DNA of 64,000 nucleotides from Minisyncoccia bacterium (GTDB lineage: Bacteria > Patescibacteriota > Minisyncoccia > Phycocordibacterales > CALRBL01): NCBI GenBank assembly GCA_038230075.1, contig JBBRNV010000002.1, positions 62,215 to 126,214 of the forward strand, read 5' to 3'. The position numbers were made by a program, and so were the translations under genes. Under the pieces are notes generated by a model that was not told the origin of the DNA, did not search any database, and saw nothing but the letters and a program-made list of their open reading frames with translations. Of this stretch, positions 39,937 through 49,370 are shown in pieces; the first letter of the stretch is position 1, and each line of letters starts with the position of its first letter.

Positions 39937-40026
39937 AAATAGAGGTTGATAGTACTTCCTTAACACCCTCGTCGCTCCGCTCATGTGAATACTTCGTTAC
40001 ACTATTAACCTCTGTTTCTTTTTTTA
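39936..40026 (+). terminator. Terminator-like inverted repeat with 47-nt loop
   Basis: AGAGGTTGATAGT/ACTATTAACCTCT then T-run. Confidence 0.55.
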
Positions 40027-40092
40027 TTCTTATATTTATAACTGAACGAAAAAGATATTATTCCTTTTTCGCTTTGTGATATAATTAACGAA

Positions 40093-42102
40093 ATGAACAA
40101 TCCCGACATCACATATTTCGCTCAAACAGACTCACGAAGTAGTCGGATTCCGTTCGGAATTAAATCTAAAGACAGAGCAAAGCATACCTATATCATTGGA
40201 AAGACTGGAATGGGTAAGTCGACAGTGCTTGAAAACATGACCATTCAAGATATTCAGAATGGCAATGGAGTTGCATTTCTTGATCCTCACGGAAAGACTG
40301 CAGACCTTTTTCTCGAATATGTTCCTGAACATCGAAAGAAAGATGTAATCTATTTCGCTCCGTTCGATATGGATCACCCTATCTCGTTCAATGTGCTCGA
40401 AGATGTTGGTCCAGATAAACGTCACTTGGTAACCAGTGGTCTTATGTCTGCTTTCAAAAAAATCTGGGTAGATGCATGGAGTGCTCGAATGGAATACATT
40501 TTAAATAATATTTTACTGGCACTTCTTGAATATCCTGGTTCAACTCTTATTGGGGTAAACCGAATGCTTGCCGATAAAGATTATCGAAAGAAAGTAGTTG
40601 ATAACATTAAAGACCCTTCAGTAAAGGCATTTTGGGTTGACGAATTTGCAAAATACGGAGATCGATATATGCAGGAAGCTGGAGCTTCAATTCAAAATAA
40701 AATCGGGCAATTCGTGTCTAATCCACTTGTTCGAAATATTATTGGTCAGCCGAAATCTACATTCGATCTTCGAAAGATTATGGATGATAAGAAAATTCTC
40801 ATCATCAACCTTTCGAAAGGAAGAATGGGAGAAACCAACGCCAATCTTATTGGAAGTATGTTGATCACAAAAATATATCTCGCTGCAATGTCGCGAGCTG
40901 ATTCAACAGAGTCTGTGCTGTCAAAACTTCCTCCATTTTATTTATATGTAGACGAATTTCAAAACTTCGCCAACGAATCATTTGCAGACATCCTTTCAGA
41001 AGCTCGAAAATATAAACTATGCTTAACAGTAGCCCATCAATACATTGAGCAAATGTCAGACGAAGTACGAGCCGCTGTGTTTGGAAACGTTGGAACCATG
41101 ATTACTTTTCGAGTGGGAGCGTATGATGCTGAAGTTCTTGAAAAAGAATTTGCACCACAGTTTACCGCTGAAGATTTAGTTAATCTTGGACGATTTCAAA
41201 TTTATTTAAAGTTGATGATTGATGAAGTGAGTTCGTCACCATTTTCTGCAACGACACTCCCTCAAATTGAAAAACCCATCATTTCATTTACTAATGAAAT
41301 TATTGAAAATTCTCGAGCAATGTATGCACGGCCTCGTCCTATTGTTGAACAAGAAATTAAAGATTGGCACGAAGATGGTGTGAAAAGAGACGAAACTTCT
41401 GGTGGAGGTAGAGGGCAAACAGGCGAACGAAGAAGTGTGTCAGCTGGATACGGTGGAGGGGCGCCCGGAGCACAATCAATTGCACCACGAAAGTTTGATC
41501 GACAAGCGGTTCCTCAAAACCTTGCTGCAAAACTTCCATCAATGACAACGCTTGCTCAAAACATGAGAAGCGAAGAACGCCAACGAGTAGATAGACAAAG
41601 TTCAGGACAAATGTCGACTCAGGGTTACAGCGCTCAACGTACTTCTGGTGGCTCATCAAGTTCATCTGCTGGTTTGCCTCCTCGAAGAATGCCTACAAAT
41701 GATAGTCCGTCAGTTTCAGAAATGGCCGCAGTACCTCAGTCAGTATCTCTTAATCATCTTAAGAATCCGCCACAAGAAAAATCTGCGAATACTCAAAAAG
41801 TGGCTACACCAGAACATATTTCAGAACTTCGAAATGCACTCAAAGCATTTATGAAGCCAGGCGCTCCAGTTGAAGAGGTTAAACAAGAATCTGTTACTGC
41901 AGAAAAACCAACAGAAGATAAAAAGGAAGAAGTGCTCAAAGAACATAATAAAGAAACAACTCACGCGCATGCTGCTCATAAACATTCCACAGAAAAGAAA
42001 GATGATGAGTCTGTTCATCACAAGAAACACACAAAAGAAGTGCCCAAAGAAGTGCTGATGGAAATTCTAGGAAATGAAGAGCAAGACTCGCTTAATGCAT
42101 AG
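40093..42102 (+). CDS. Second VirD4/TrwB/HerA-like ATPase with long disordered C-terminal tail
   Basis: HTYIIGKTGMGKS, LDPHG, LYVDEFQN, ILSEARKYKL, AHQY. Confidence 0.88.
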   Translation: MNNPDITYFAQTDSRSSRIPFGIKSKDRAKHTYIIGKTGMGKSTVLENMTIQDIQNGNGVAFLDPHGKTADLFLEYVPEHRKKDVIYFAPFDMDHPISFNVLEDVGPDKRHLVTSGLMSAFKKIWVDAWSARMEYILNNILLALLEYPGSTLIGVNRMLADKDYRKKVVDNIKDPSVKAFWVDEFAKYGDRYMQEAGASIQNKIGQFVSNPLVRNIIGQPKSTFDLRKIMDDKKILIINLSKGRMGETNANLIGSMLITKIYLAAMSRADSTESVLSKLPPFYLYVDEFQNFANESFADILSEARKYKLCLTVAHQYIEQMSDEVRAAVFGNVGTMITFRVGAYDAEVLEKEFAPQFTAEDLVNLGRFQIYLKLMIDEVSSSPFSATTLPQIEKPIISFTNEIIENSRAMYARPRPIVEQEIKDWHEDGVKRDETSGGGRGQTGERRSVSAGYGGGAPGAQSIAPRKFDRQAVPQNLAAKLPSMTTLAQNMRSEERQRVDRQSSGQMSTQGYSAQRTSGGSSSSSAGLPPRRMPTNDSPSVSEMAAVPQSVSLNHLKNPPQEKSANTQKVATPEHISELRNALKAFMKPGAPVEEVKQESVTAEKPTEDKKEEVLKEHNKETTHAHAAHKHSTEKKDDESVHHKKHTKEVPKEVLMEILGNEEQDSLNA

Positions 42103-42873
42103 TTTGAGATATCCGATATAAAAGTTTGGATAATCATTTCGGTATCGCTGTATGATTTGCCACGAAGCTTGAAGCCCTTTCGTTCTGTTTTCTGAAGAAG
42201 CACTTTTTTTATGAAATCTGAATGTTACTGAGTAGTCGGGAATATTTGCAAACTTGTATGTTTTCCCAATTCGAAACCAAAGATCGTAATCTTCCCAGAT
42301 AATAATAGTTGGATCATAGATATCACCTTCGCTATTGCATGGAGTGAGAGCAGACTTTCTAATCATAACTGTTGAGTGGGCAAATTGATTGCGAAACATC
42401 ATGTTTCTTCGTATCGATTTATCGCTGGTGGCATAAGTGATAGGAGAGACAAAGACCCCTTTGTCATTAATTGAATTACCAAATGTTCCTACCAATGCAT
42501 ATTCTGCATGTTCCTTTTTCAAAAAGAATGCAACTTGTTTAGTAATTTTTTCTTCATCATTCCAAAAGTCATCACTGTCAACTACGGCTATATATTCACC
42601 TTTCGTGAATGTGTGGGCTTTGTTTCGTGCCGCTGTAATTCCTATATTTTTTTCTCCTTTAATATATCTGATTCTTTTATCTATATAGGTGGCGATTAAT
42701 TGTTCAGTATCATCAGTTGAGGCATCATCGTAAATAATAAATTCAAAATTTGTGTATGTCTGGGAAAGCACTCCTTCAATTGCATCTTTCAAATAGTGAG
42801 CTCGATTGTATGTGCAAAGAATAACAGAAACGAGTGGTGATTGAGCTTGTGTTGTACTTACGTCGGGATTCAT
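42067..42873 (-). CDS. Glycosyltransferase family 2
   Basis: VSVILCTYNR, DDASTD, VDSDD, WEDYDLW. Confidence 0.93.
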   Translation of the reverse strand: MNPDVSTTQAQSPLVSVILCTYNRAHYLKDAIEGVLSQTYTNFEFIIYDDASTDDTEQLIATYIDKRIRYIKGEKNIGITAARNKAHTFTKGEYIAVVDSDDFWNDEEKITKQVAFFLKKEHAEYALVGTFGNSINDKGVFVSPITYATSDKSIRRNMMFRNQFAHSTVMIRKSALTPCNSEGDIYDPTIIIWEDYDLWFRIGKTYKFANIPDYSVTFRFHKKSASSENRTKGLQASWQIIQRYRNDYPNFYIGYLKLCIKRVLLFIS

Positions 42874-42880
42874 ACAAGTA

Positions 42881-43867
42881 TTATACTAAATAACCAGGTA
42901 ATGAGATCCATGAAGGGGGAATGAGGTCTTCAGCTCCAAATGCTGTATGTTTATAAAACTCTTTAGGACAAATAACCACCTTTGGGATTGAATGCTTCTC
43001 TGCTGAACGTGAGAGCCATGCTGGCCACCATCCAAAAGTGCTGTTAGGTATAATAAAATGTTTGCACTCTGACATGATGCGAAGTTGATGTGCCGCTCCT
43101 TTTCCTGACCAATCATTATTAAAATAAGTATATGCTACTTTGGGATGTGTGATGTTTTCTTTACACCAATCTATTTCATCTGAGAATACAAACCATTTTA
43201 GATTTGGATTTCGATCTTTTGTTCTTACAATCATTTCCTCGATTGCTTTTGAAAAGTATTGTGGTGAAACAGTACCATGAAGCGCTGCTGCTCTTGGATC
43301 TTTTGCCATATCACCCCGACGAGCATACACACACACCGATTCTGACTCGAGAACATGTTTCTCAAAGTCCTTTGCCTCGGTACTCATTTCGCCGTACTCA
43401 TTTCCGTTTTGAAAGGTGAAATCGTGTGCGATATTACCTGAGATGGCGTCAAAATATTTATAGCTTTGCCAATTTCCATCAAGATACATTCCATCTTTTA
43501 TTTTTTTCGAATAATCATCGTATTGAAATCGTTTTTCTTGCATGAATCGAAAATCATATTTCTCAATTAACTTCTCAACAATTTTTCCTGCAAGACTTTG
43601 TCTTACGCGGTATTTACTATGTGAGACAAATTTTGTCTGATCTATATTGGGAAAGATGTCGAGAGAGAAAGATCGAGGTGCAAAAACTGCGCTTTGTGAT
43701 CTCATCTTAAGAAACATTTCTAACGCTTTACTTTTATCACTATATAAACCCTTCAGATAACTTGTGTCGTATTGAACAGAAATGCCTGTTTTTGCTTGAA
43801 TACTTTCACCAAAAGCATATTGAAACATTTGATTGCCCAAACCTCCTTTAAGTCGAACAGTGATCAT
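42881..43867 (-). CDS. Alpha-1,2-fucosyltransferase-like protein (GT11)
   Basis: GGLGNQMFQYA, RRGD, FSDE, NSTFGWW. Confidence 0.88.
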   Translation of the reverse strand: MITVRLKGGLGNQMFQYAFGESIQAKTGISVQYDTSYLKGLYSDKSKALEMFLKMRSQSAVFAPRSFSLDIFPNIDQTKFVSHSKYRVRQSLAGKIVEKLIEKYDFRFMQEKRFQYDDYSKKIKDGMYLDGNWQSYKYFDAISGNIAHDFTFQNGNEYGEMSTEAKDFEKHVLESESVCVYARRGDMAKDPRAAALHGTVSPQYFSKAIEEMIVRTKDRNPNLKWFVFSDEIDWCKENITHPKVAYTYFNNDWSGKGAAHQLRIMSECKHFIIPNSTFGWWPAWLSRSAEKHSIPKVVICPKEFYKHTAFGAEDLIPPSWISLPGYLV

Positions 43868-43868
43868 A

Positions 43869-44609
43869 TTATTCTTTGATAAACCAAAAACATCCGCATG
43901 CGTATTTTTCCTTTTCCAAAAGCGCCTTATCAGCGTTTATAATTAAACCACCGTCTTTTTCATATTCTGGAATAAATGAGAACTCTTTAAGTGTTAATCC
44001 ACTCATCATGCTCATTACAAGATCGTATGTGTAAATTCGATGAGCATTAAATTCAATCATGGCATCTTTCCCAATTGGAGTTACATAAAGAAATGATCCT
44101 CCTTTTTTAATGACACGCTTAATTTCGTTAATTGCTTTAATGTCACCCTTGGCATCGAATGGGTCTCCGTATCGTCCAAGACCAACATGCTCAATGGTGT
44201 GCATGCATGAAATACTTTCGATGCTGTTGTCAGGGAAGGGGAGGCTATGTAAGTTTCCTTCCTTACTTTGCAAATTACTTAGATAGAGTGCTGCTGGCCG
44301 ATAGTCATAAAAGTTAACAGGAATGAATGCAGAAACGATTCCACAAAAGTAGAGACTTGAACTTATGTCTGTGTGTAGGGTAGGATTTATTTCCTTCACT
44401 TTTCGTGCGGCCCACGCAGTGTGATACACATAATGTCTATCGAATGCAGTTCCAACAGTTTTGTCTCTTATCTGAGGATTAAGGTCAGCAAAGTTAACTG
44501 AGAATCTTTCATCTTTGATTCGATTAAATACATAGTAGTCAGCCAAAACAAAAGGACTAAGAATGAAACGGAGTAGGGTCTTAAGATTTTGTTTTATATC
44601 AGTATTCAT
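43869..44609 (-). CDS. DUF268-like / SAM-methyltransferase-fold protein
   Basis: SISCMHTIEHVGLGRYGDP, FNAHRIY. Confidence 0.75.
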   Translation of the reverse strand: MNTDIKQNLKTLLRFILSPFVLADYYVFNRIKDERFSVNFADLNPQIRDKTVGTAFDRHYVYHTAWAARKVKEINPTLHTDISSSLYFCGIVSAFIPVNFYDYRPAALYLSNLQSKEGNLHSLPFPDNSIESISCMHTIEHVGLGRYGDPFDAKGDIKAINEIKRVIKKGGSFLYVTPIGKDAMIEFNAHRIYTYDLVMSMMSGLTLKEFSFIPEYEKDGGLIINADKALLEKEKYACGCFWFIKE

Positions 44610-45535
44610 AGTTGTTCAATAAGGTGTTGTGCTGCAATTGTATCAGTGAAATTGTCATTAATGTATTCTCTGGGTGTAAATGTTGAATATTTTGAAATAA
44701 AAGTTGAAAGATCTCGCTCAAAGCTTGTATCGGTGAAAAACATTCCTGTTTGTTCGGTAAGATAAGGCGCCCCAATCTTTCCCTCAACATCAATGGTTGT
44801 TTGAGGATCGACATATCGCTGAGCATTATATACAAGGGTTGGAACATTTCGAGCCCAGGCTTCAAGTAGTGCTAATCCCTGACTTTCACTTCTTTGAAGA
44901 TATATTACATAAGGTGTTTGCTCAAGTTGGGTAAAATATTCTTCTTGAGTGAAGTCTCCATATGAAAGAAGTTTGTATGATATTTTTTCTTTATGTAATG
45001 TTGCGATAACACTTTCATACAAAGTCTGGTCAATGTGTTTTTTAACGACAAGTACTTGTCCACCTTTTGTTGAGCTTTTTTGAGGAAGATTAACACCTGC
45101 ACCCCACACAATAATTTTTCCTGTAAGTTCAGGAGTTATTCGCTCATACAGTTGTTGAACCCATACTGAGGGAACGACAACTTTATCAATTAACGAGTTG
45201 ATAATTATTTTATGATGATCAAGTGGAGAGACGATAATGTTTGGTCCGGCGTACAATTCTTCAATAAACCCTTTTTGTTTTGCATGAATAGCCCACGAAA
45301 GTGTATCCACTCCGGAAAGTACTAATACTTTTTTATATACTTCATTTTCGTTTTTCGGATTTACATTAAAAGAGTGATTAATACCAGAAAGACCTCGTGT
45401 GAGACTTGAAAAAACTGACTGTGGCCCACGAGTTTTTCCTAACCAATCTTTCAGTCGATGCTTAATATATGAAGGAGAAAAGACTGAAGAACCAGGCCTT
45501 TCAGTTAAAATAGTAAGAGGAGAATCTGAATTCAT
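44606..45535 (-). CDS. GT-B (GT4-like) glycosyltransferase
   Basis: VVVPSVW, ESQGLALLEAWARNVP. Confidence 0.75.
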   Translation of the reverse strand: MNSDSPLTILTERPGSSVFSPSYIKHRLKDWLGKTRGPQSVFSSLTRGLSGINHSFNVNPKNENEVYKKVLVLSGVDTLSWAIHAKQKGFIEELYAGPNIIVSPLDHHKIIINSLIDKVVVPSVWVQQLYERITPELTGKIIVWGAGVNLPQKSSTKGGQVLVVKKHIDQTLYESVIATLHKEKISYKLLSYGDFTQEEYFTQLEQTPYVIYLQRSESQGLALLEAWARNVPTLVYNAQRYVDPQTTIDVEGKIGAPYLTEQTGMFFTDTSFERDLSTFISKYSTFTPREYINDNFTDTIAAQHLIEQL

Positions 45536-45563
45536 ACGAGAATTATATCATGCCATCCTTTCC

Positions 45564-46496
45564 TTATTCGAGCGAGCGAAGTGTCTTGCTTCTTATTTGA
45601 TACAAGACTTTATAGAGTCTTTCGCCTCCAAGAGCTGCTAATAGTCGAGCGTAGTTTGCAATGCCAAATGGATGATGTTTGATAGCCTTTTTAAATGAAA
45701 CAACTGCCTCTTTTTTGTTTCCTAAGTGCAGGTGAAGTCGGGCAATTGCATGATATACCGCACTTAAACTCTTCGGGTACTTTAAGAATGTTTTTTGATA
45801 TTTGGTAATAATTGATTCGAGATCTTGCGCTCTTCGATGTGCTGTTCGTTCAAGAGATGACGTATTGTTATCATGAATATGATAGGTAACCAACGAGTCA
45901 TTAAGAAATTTATATAACACATTGTTTGCAACCATTCGTGCAACAAGGTCATAATCTGCAAATACTAAAAGACCAGTATCGAGTGTTCCAACACGATCGA
46001 GTACAGACTTTTTAATGACGAGCATGCTGAATGTATTGAAATATGAACCAGCAAGAACTTTTTCGACAGGAAGATTATCTTTCTCTAATTTTAAAACACC
46101 TGTAGTCTTCTTCTTTGTTTTGTCGTGATGTTGGTCAACATTTGAAGCGAAGAAACCAATATCAGGATTCTTTTTAACAACATCGTATATTTTTTGCAAT
46201 TTATCTTCTCTCCACTCATCGTCATGATCGAGAAAGGCAACGTATTCTCCTTTAGCAACATTAATGCCAATGTTCGTTGGAATCGTTGGTCCTCCCGAAT
46301 TAGGTGTGCTAATTACCTTGATACGAGTATCTTTCAATTGCGCTTTTTTAATGAGACGATCGGTATTGTCGTTTGATCCATCATCAACAATGATTAATTC
46401 AAAGTCAGTAAATGTTTGATTGAGCACACTTTTAATTGTTCGCTCAATAAAACGTTCACTATTATATGCCGGAATGATGACAGAAAATGTAGGCAT
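45564..46496 (-). CDS. Glycosyltransferase family 2 with C-terminal TPR-like helix pair
   Basis: MPTFSVIIPAYN start at 46496; VDDGSND, FLDHDD. Confidence 0.92.
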   Translation of the reverse strand: MPTFSVIIPAYNSERFIERTIKSVLNQTFTDFELIIVDDGSNDNTDRLIKKAQLKDTRIKVISTPNSGGPTIPTNIGINVAKGEYVAFLDHDDEWREDKLQKIYDVVKKNPDIGFFASNVDQHHDKTKKKTTGVLKLEKDNLPVEKVLAGSYFNTFSMLVIKKSVLDRVGTLDTGLLVFADYDLVARMVANNVLYKFLNDSLVTYHIHDNNTSSLERTAHRRAQDLESIITKYQKTFLKYPKSLSAVYHAIARLHLHLGNKKEAVVSFKKAIKHHPFGIANYARLLAALGGERLYKVLYQIRSKTLRSLE

Positions 46497-46497
46497 G

Positions 46498-47028
46498 TTA
46501 TTGAAGATGGGGAAGTTCTTTGTCTTTGCTCGATACGATTGGATTTTTAACACCCCAGTCGATTCCAAGTTGTGGATCATCATATCGTATGCCACTTTCA
46601 GCAGTCTTATTGTATTCTCGAGTGCATCCATAAAGTACATAAGCTTCGTTTGAAAAAACAGAAAATCCGTGTGCGAATCCTACAGGGATATAAATGAAGG
46701 TATTGTCTTCTCCTTGAAGATCAATCGTTATCACTTTTTTATAGGTAGGAGATTCTGGACGCGCATCAACAATGACATCGCGAATGCTTCCAGCAATTAA
46801 GTACAAGAACTTTCCTTGAGCACTTTCTCCTTTTTGAAAATGAAGACCTCGCACCACATCTTTTTTAGAATACGAAAGATTATATTGAGGAAATGCATCC
46901 GCTAATTGTAAATGTTGAAATTCAGTAATTTTACAGATTTCCATGAAATAACCACGGTCGTCATAAAACTTATCAGATTTAACCATCTTTACTTCAGGAA
47001 TTTCGAGGTCAATTACTTTAAATGCCAT
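46498..47028 (-). CDS. rfbC: dTDP-4-dehydrorhamnose 3,5-epimerase
   Basis: DDRGYF, RGLHFQ, QGK, GFAHGF, LGIDW. Confidence 0.93.
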   Translation of the reverse strand: MAFKVIDLEIPEVKMVKSDKFYDDRGYFMEICKITEFQHLQLADAFPQYNLSYSKKDVVRGLHFQKGESAQGKFLYLIAGSIRDVIVDARPESPTYKKVITIDLQGEDNTFIYIPVGFAHGFSVFSNEAYVLYGCTREYNKTAESGIRYDDPQLGIDWGVKNPIVSSKDKELPHLQ

Positions 47029-47037
47029 ATATGTTAA

Positions 47038-47532
47038 TTAATATGCGGTTACTAAAACGGAATATTTTTTTCCAATTCGTACCGCATGAACGATCTTAAG
47101 AAGGGTTGGGCAATCGATTGTTACTGAGGTTGGCTTTTCTTCCAATATAAATTTCTGTATATGAATCCAAGCTGGTTCAGTTTCATAATCAAATAACTGT
47201 TTATCAATATATTTTGTATTTGAAGAAAACTTATTTTTGATCCATCGAGATAGTTTTCCTGAGGCTCCAGCAATGGCAATTTGTTTTCCTTGGGTATTGT
47301 TAGCAATAGTCATTTCTCTTGAAAGAAGCGCTACAAGGTCGGGGTGAGTGACAGAGCTTTTGTCTGCTCCATCTTTCATTACAATGTTTGTAACGCTAGG
47401 GAGATAGAAGGTGATAAAGGGCCACATTGCCTGTTTGAACATTTCTGTCTGATCTTCTGGAAAAGAAGATGCACCATGAAATGCCTTATCAACTTCGGCT
47501 AATTCTTTTTGATTGAGATGTATGGTGATCAT
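47038..47532 (-). CDS. Hypothetical protein in glycan cluster
   Basis: Tightly packed ORF, no recognised motif. Confidence 0.6.
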   Translation of the reverse strand: MITIHLNQKELAEVDKAFHGASSFPEDQTEMFKQAMWPFITFYLPSVTNIVMKDGADKSSVTHPDLVALLSREMTIANNTQGKQIAIAGASGKLSRWIKNKFSSNTKYIDKQLFDYETEPAWIHIQKFILEEKPTSVTIDCPTLLKIVHAVRIGKKYSVLVTAY

Positions 47533-47538
47533 ATTTTT

Positions 47539-48237
47539 TTATACTACCTGCATTTTATTCATGGCGTAATCAAATCGAAGCACGCCTGCGTGAGATAGTT
47601 CTTTGAAAGGAAGGTTCGAAGTGTGTACATAGTGATATAACCACGCTTCACTATTCATCTTATCTTTTGCTAGTTTCTCAGGATTCATACTATCAACGTA
47701 TCCAAGGAAGGCTGTTGGCTTCATGGCAAAAATCATATCGTTGTAATTTAAAGGAGCAGACAATATTTTTGACCCATCACTAAAATGATAGGGAGGGTTA
47801 CAGATTAAAATATCTTCGGTTGGATTTGTATTCATTTCGTCAATAAATACAGGGAAACATAACACTTGTCGTGATGTGTAATACACAACCCAATCGTATG
47901 TTTTTAAAAGTTCTCGATGTTTTTCAACGACAGCTTGGCACATAACATATTCACCAGCTCCCTTACTCTTTGAACCAAGTGTATTGTTGTTAATCAGCAT
48001 AAGGTCTTTGATTGCAGGATGTCCGTATAGAGAGGTGAGTGAAGAAGACAATTCATCTTTTGAAGAAACTGTATTATCAATCACAATTAAATGAATATTG
48101 GGATTTTTATCAGCACGCCTGAGCATTCCATGTAAGGCAACTGCGTATAAATCTTGTCGATCTTTTTCATCATATGTTTCGGCACTTCGATACTTGTATG
48201 CTCCTAAACAGATAAATAAAATCTTTGGTTGATCCAT
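47539..48237 (-). CDS. Hypothetical protein, possibly GT-A-like
   Basis: IVIDNT, SKGAGE, YYTSR; operon context. Confidence 0.55.
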   Translation of the reverse strand: MDQPKILFICLGAYKYRSAETYDEKDRQDLYAVALHGMLRRADKNPNIHLIVIDNTVSSKDELSSSLTSLYGHPAIKDLMLINNNTLGSKSKGAGEYVMCQAVVEKHRELLKTYDWVVYYTSRQVLCFPVFIDEMNTNPTEDILICNPPYHFSDGSKILSAPLNYNDMIFAMKPTAFLGYVDSMNPEKLAKDKMNSEAWLYHYVHTSNLPFKELSHAGVLRFDYAMNKMQVV

Positions 48238-48238
48238 C

Positions 48239-49369
48239 TTATTTTTTAAAATTTTTAATTGTTTTGATAACGTATTTTTGCTCAGTAGTTGTTAATCCTG
48301 GAAATACAGGAAGAAGTACAATTTTCTGCCATTCAGATTCTGTGACAGGAACGTCAGCTTTGTACTTTCGATACATTTTAAATTGATGATTTGGACTATA
48401 GTGCACACCAGTTGCAATGTTGTTATCCATCATATAGCCAATAAACTCACTTCGAAGTTTTGGGTCATGAATTCGCACTGCGTAGTTATGTCGAACTGTT
48501 CGAGTGTAAGGTTTTTCAACAGGAAGGGTGAGCCACTTCACTTCTTTTAATTCTTTGTCGTACATTGCTGCAATTGATCGTCGTTTATCGTTTGCTTTTT
48601 CGAGTTTTGAAAGTTGAACTAAACCAAGGCATGCATTAATATCATTCATGTGATACTTGTATCCCAGTTCTTCAACATCGTATTGCCAGTGATAGCCTTT
48701 ATTTACGATGTTTCGTTCGTACGTACTCTTGCTGATTCCAAGCCATCGTCGTCGTCGAAGAATAGCATCCCACTCAGCGTTGTTGAACGTCAACATTCCT
48801 CCATCTCCCATAGCTAAGTTTTTTACTGCATGAAAACTAAATGAAGTGATGTCTGCCACATTTCCAACTCGTTTCTTTTTATACATTGATCCACAAGCGT
48901 GCGCAGCGTCTTCGATAACAAATAAATTATGCTTCTTGGCAATTGCCATGATTTTGTCCATGTCACACGCATGACCTCCGTAGTCGACACAAATAATTCC
49001 CACAGTTTTTGGAGTGATAAGTGCTTCAATCTTTTTTGCATCCATATTTAACGTATCTCTTTCGATATCACAAAAGACAGGAATACCTTGTTCATACAAA
49101 ATCGCATGATTAGTTGAAACGAATGTGAGGGAAGTAGTAATTACTTCTTTCCCTTTAATATTAAAAAGTGAGAGTGCCAAATGAAGACCAGATGTGGCTG
49201 AGTTTACGGCAACGGCATGTGTTGAACCAACAAAAGCAGCAAATTTATCTTCAAATTCTTTTGTTTTAGGCCCAAGTCCGATCCATCCTTTTTCAAAGGG
49301 TTCTTTAAGTGAATCTAATTCTCGGTGGTCATACGATGGTCTGAAAAGAGGGATGTGTTTTTTGATCAT
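48239..49369 (-). CDS. DegT/DnrJ/EryC1/StrS PLP-dependent sugar aminotransferase
   Basis: NSATSGLH, EDAAHA, SFHAVKNL, GDGG; start ATG 49369. Confidence 0.95.
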   Translation of the reverse strand: MIKKHIPLFRPSYDHRELDSLKEPFEKGWIGLGPKTKEFEDKFAAFVGSTHAVAVNSATSGLHLALSLFNIKGKEVITTSLTFVSTNHAILYEQGIPVFCDIERDTLNMDAKKIEALITPKTVGIICVDYGGHACDMDKIMAIAKKHNLFVIEDAAHACGSMYKKKRVGNVADITSFSFHAVKNLAMGDGGMLTFNNAEWDAILRRRRWLGISKSTYERNIVNKGYHWQYDVEELGYKYHMNDINACLGLVQLSKLEKANDKRRSIAAMYDKELKEVKWLTLPVEKPYTRTVRHNYAVRIHDPKLRSEFIGYMMDNNIATGVHYSPNHQFKMYRKYKADVPVTESEWQKIVLLPVFPGLTTTEQKYVIKTIKNFKK

Positions 49370-49370
49370 G

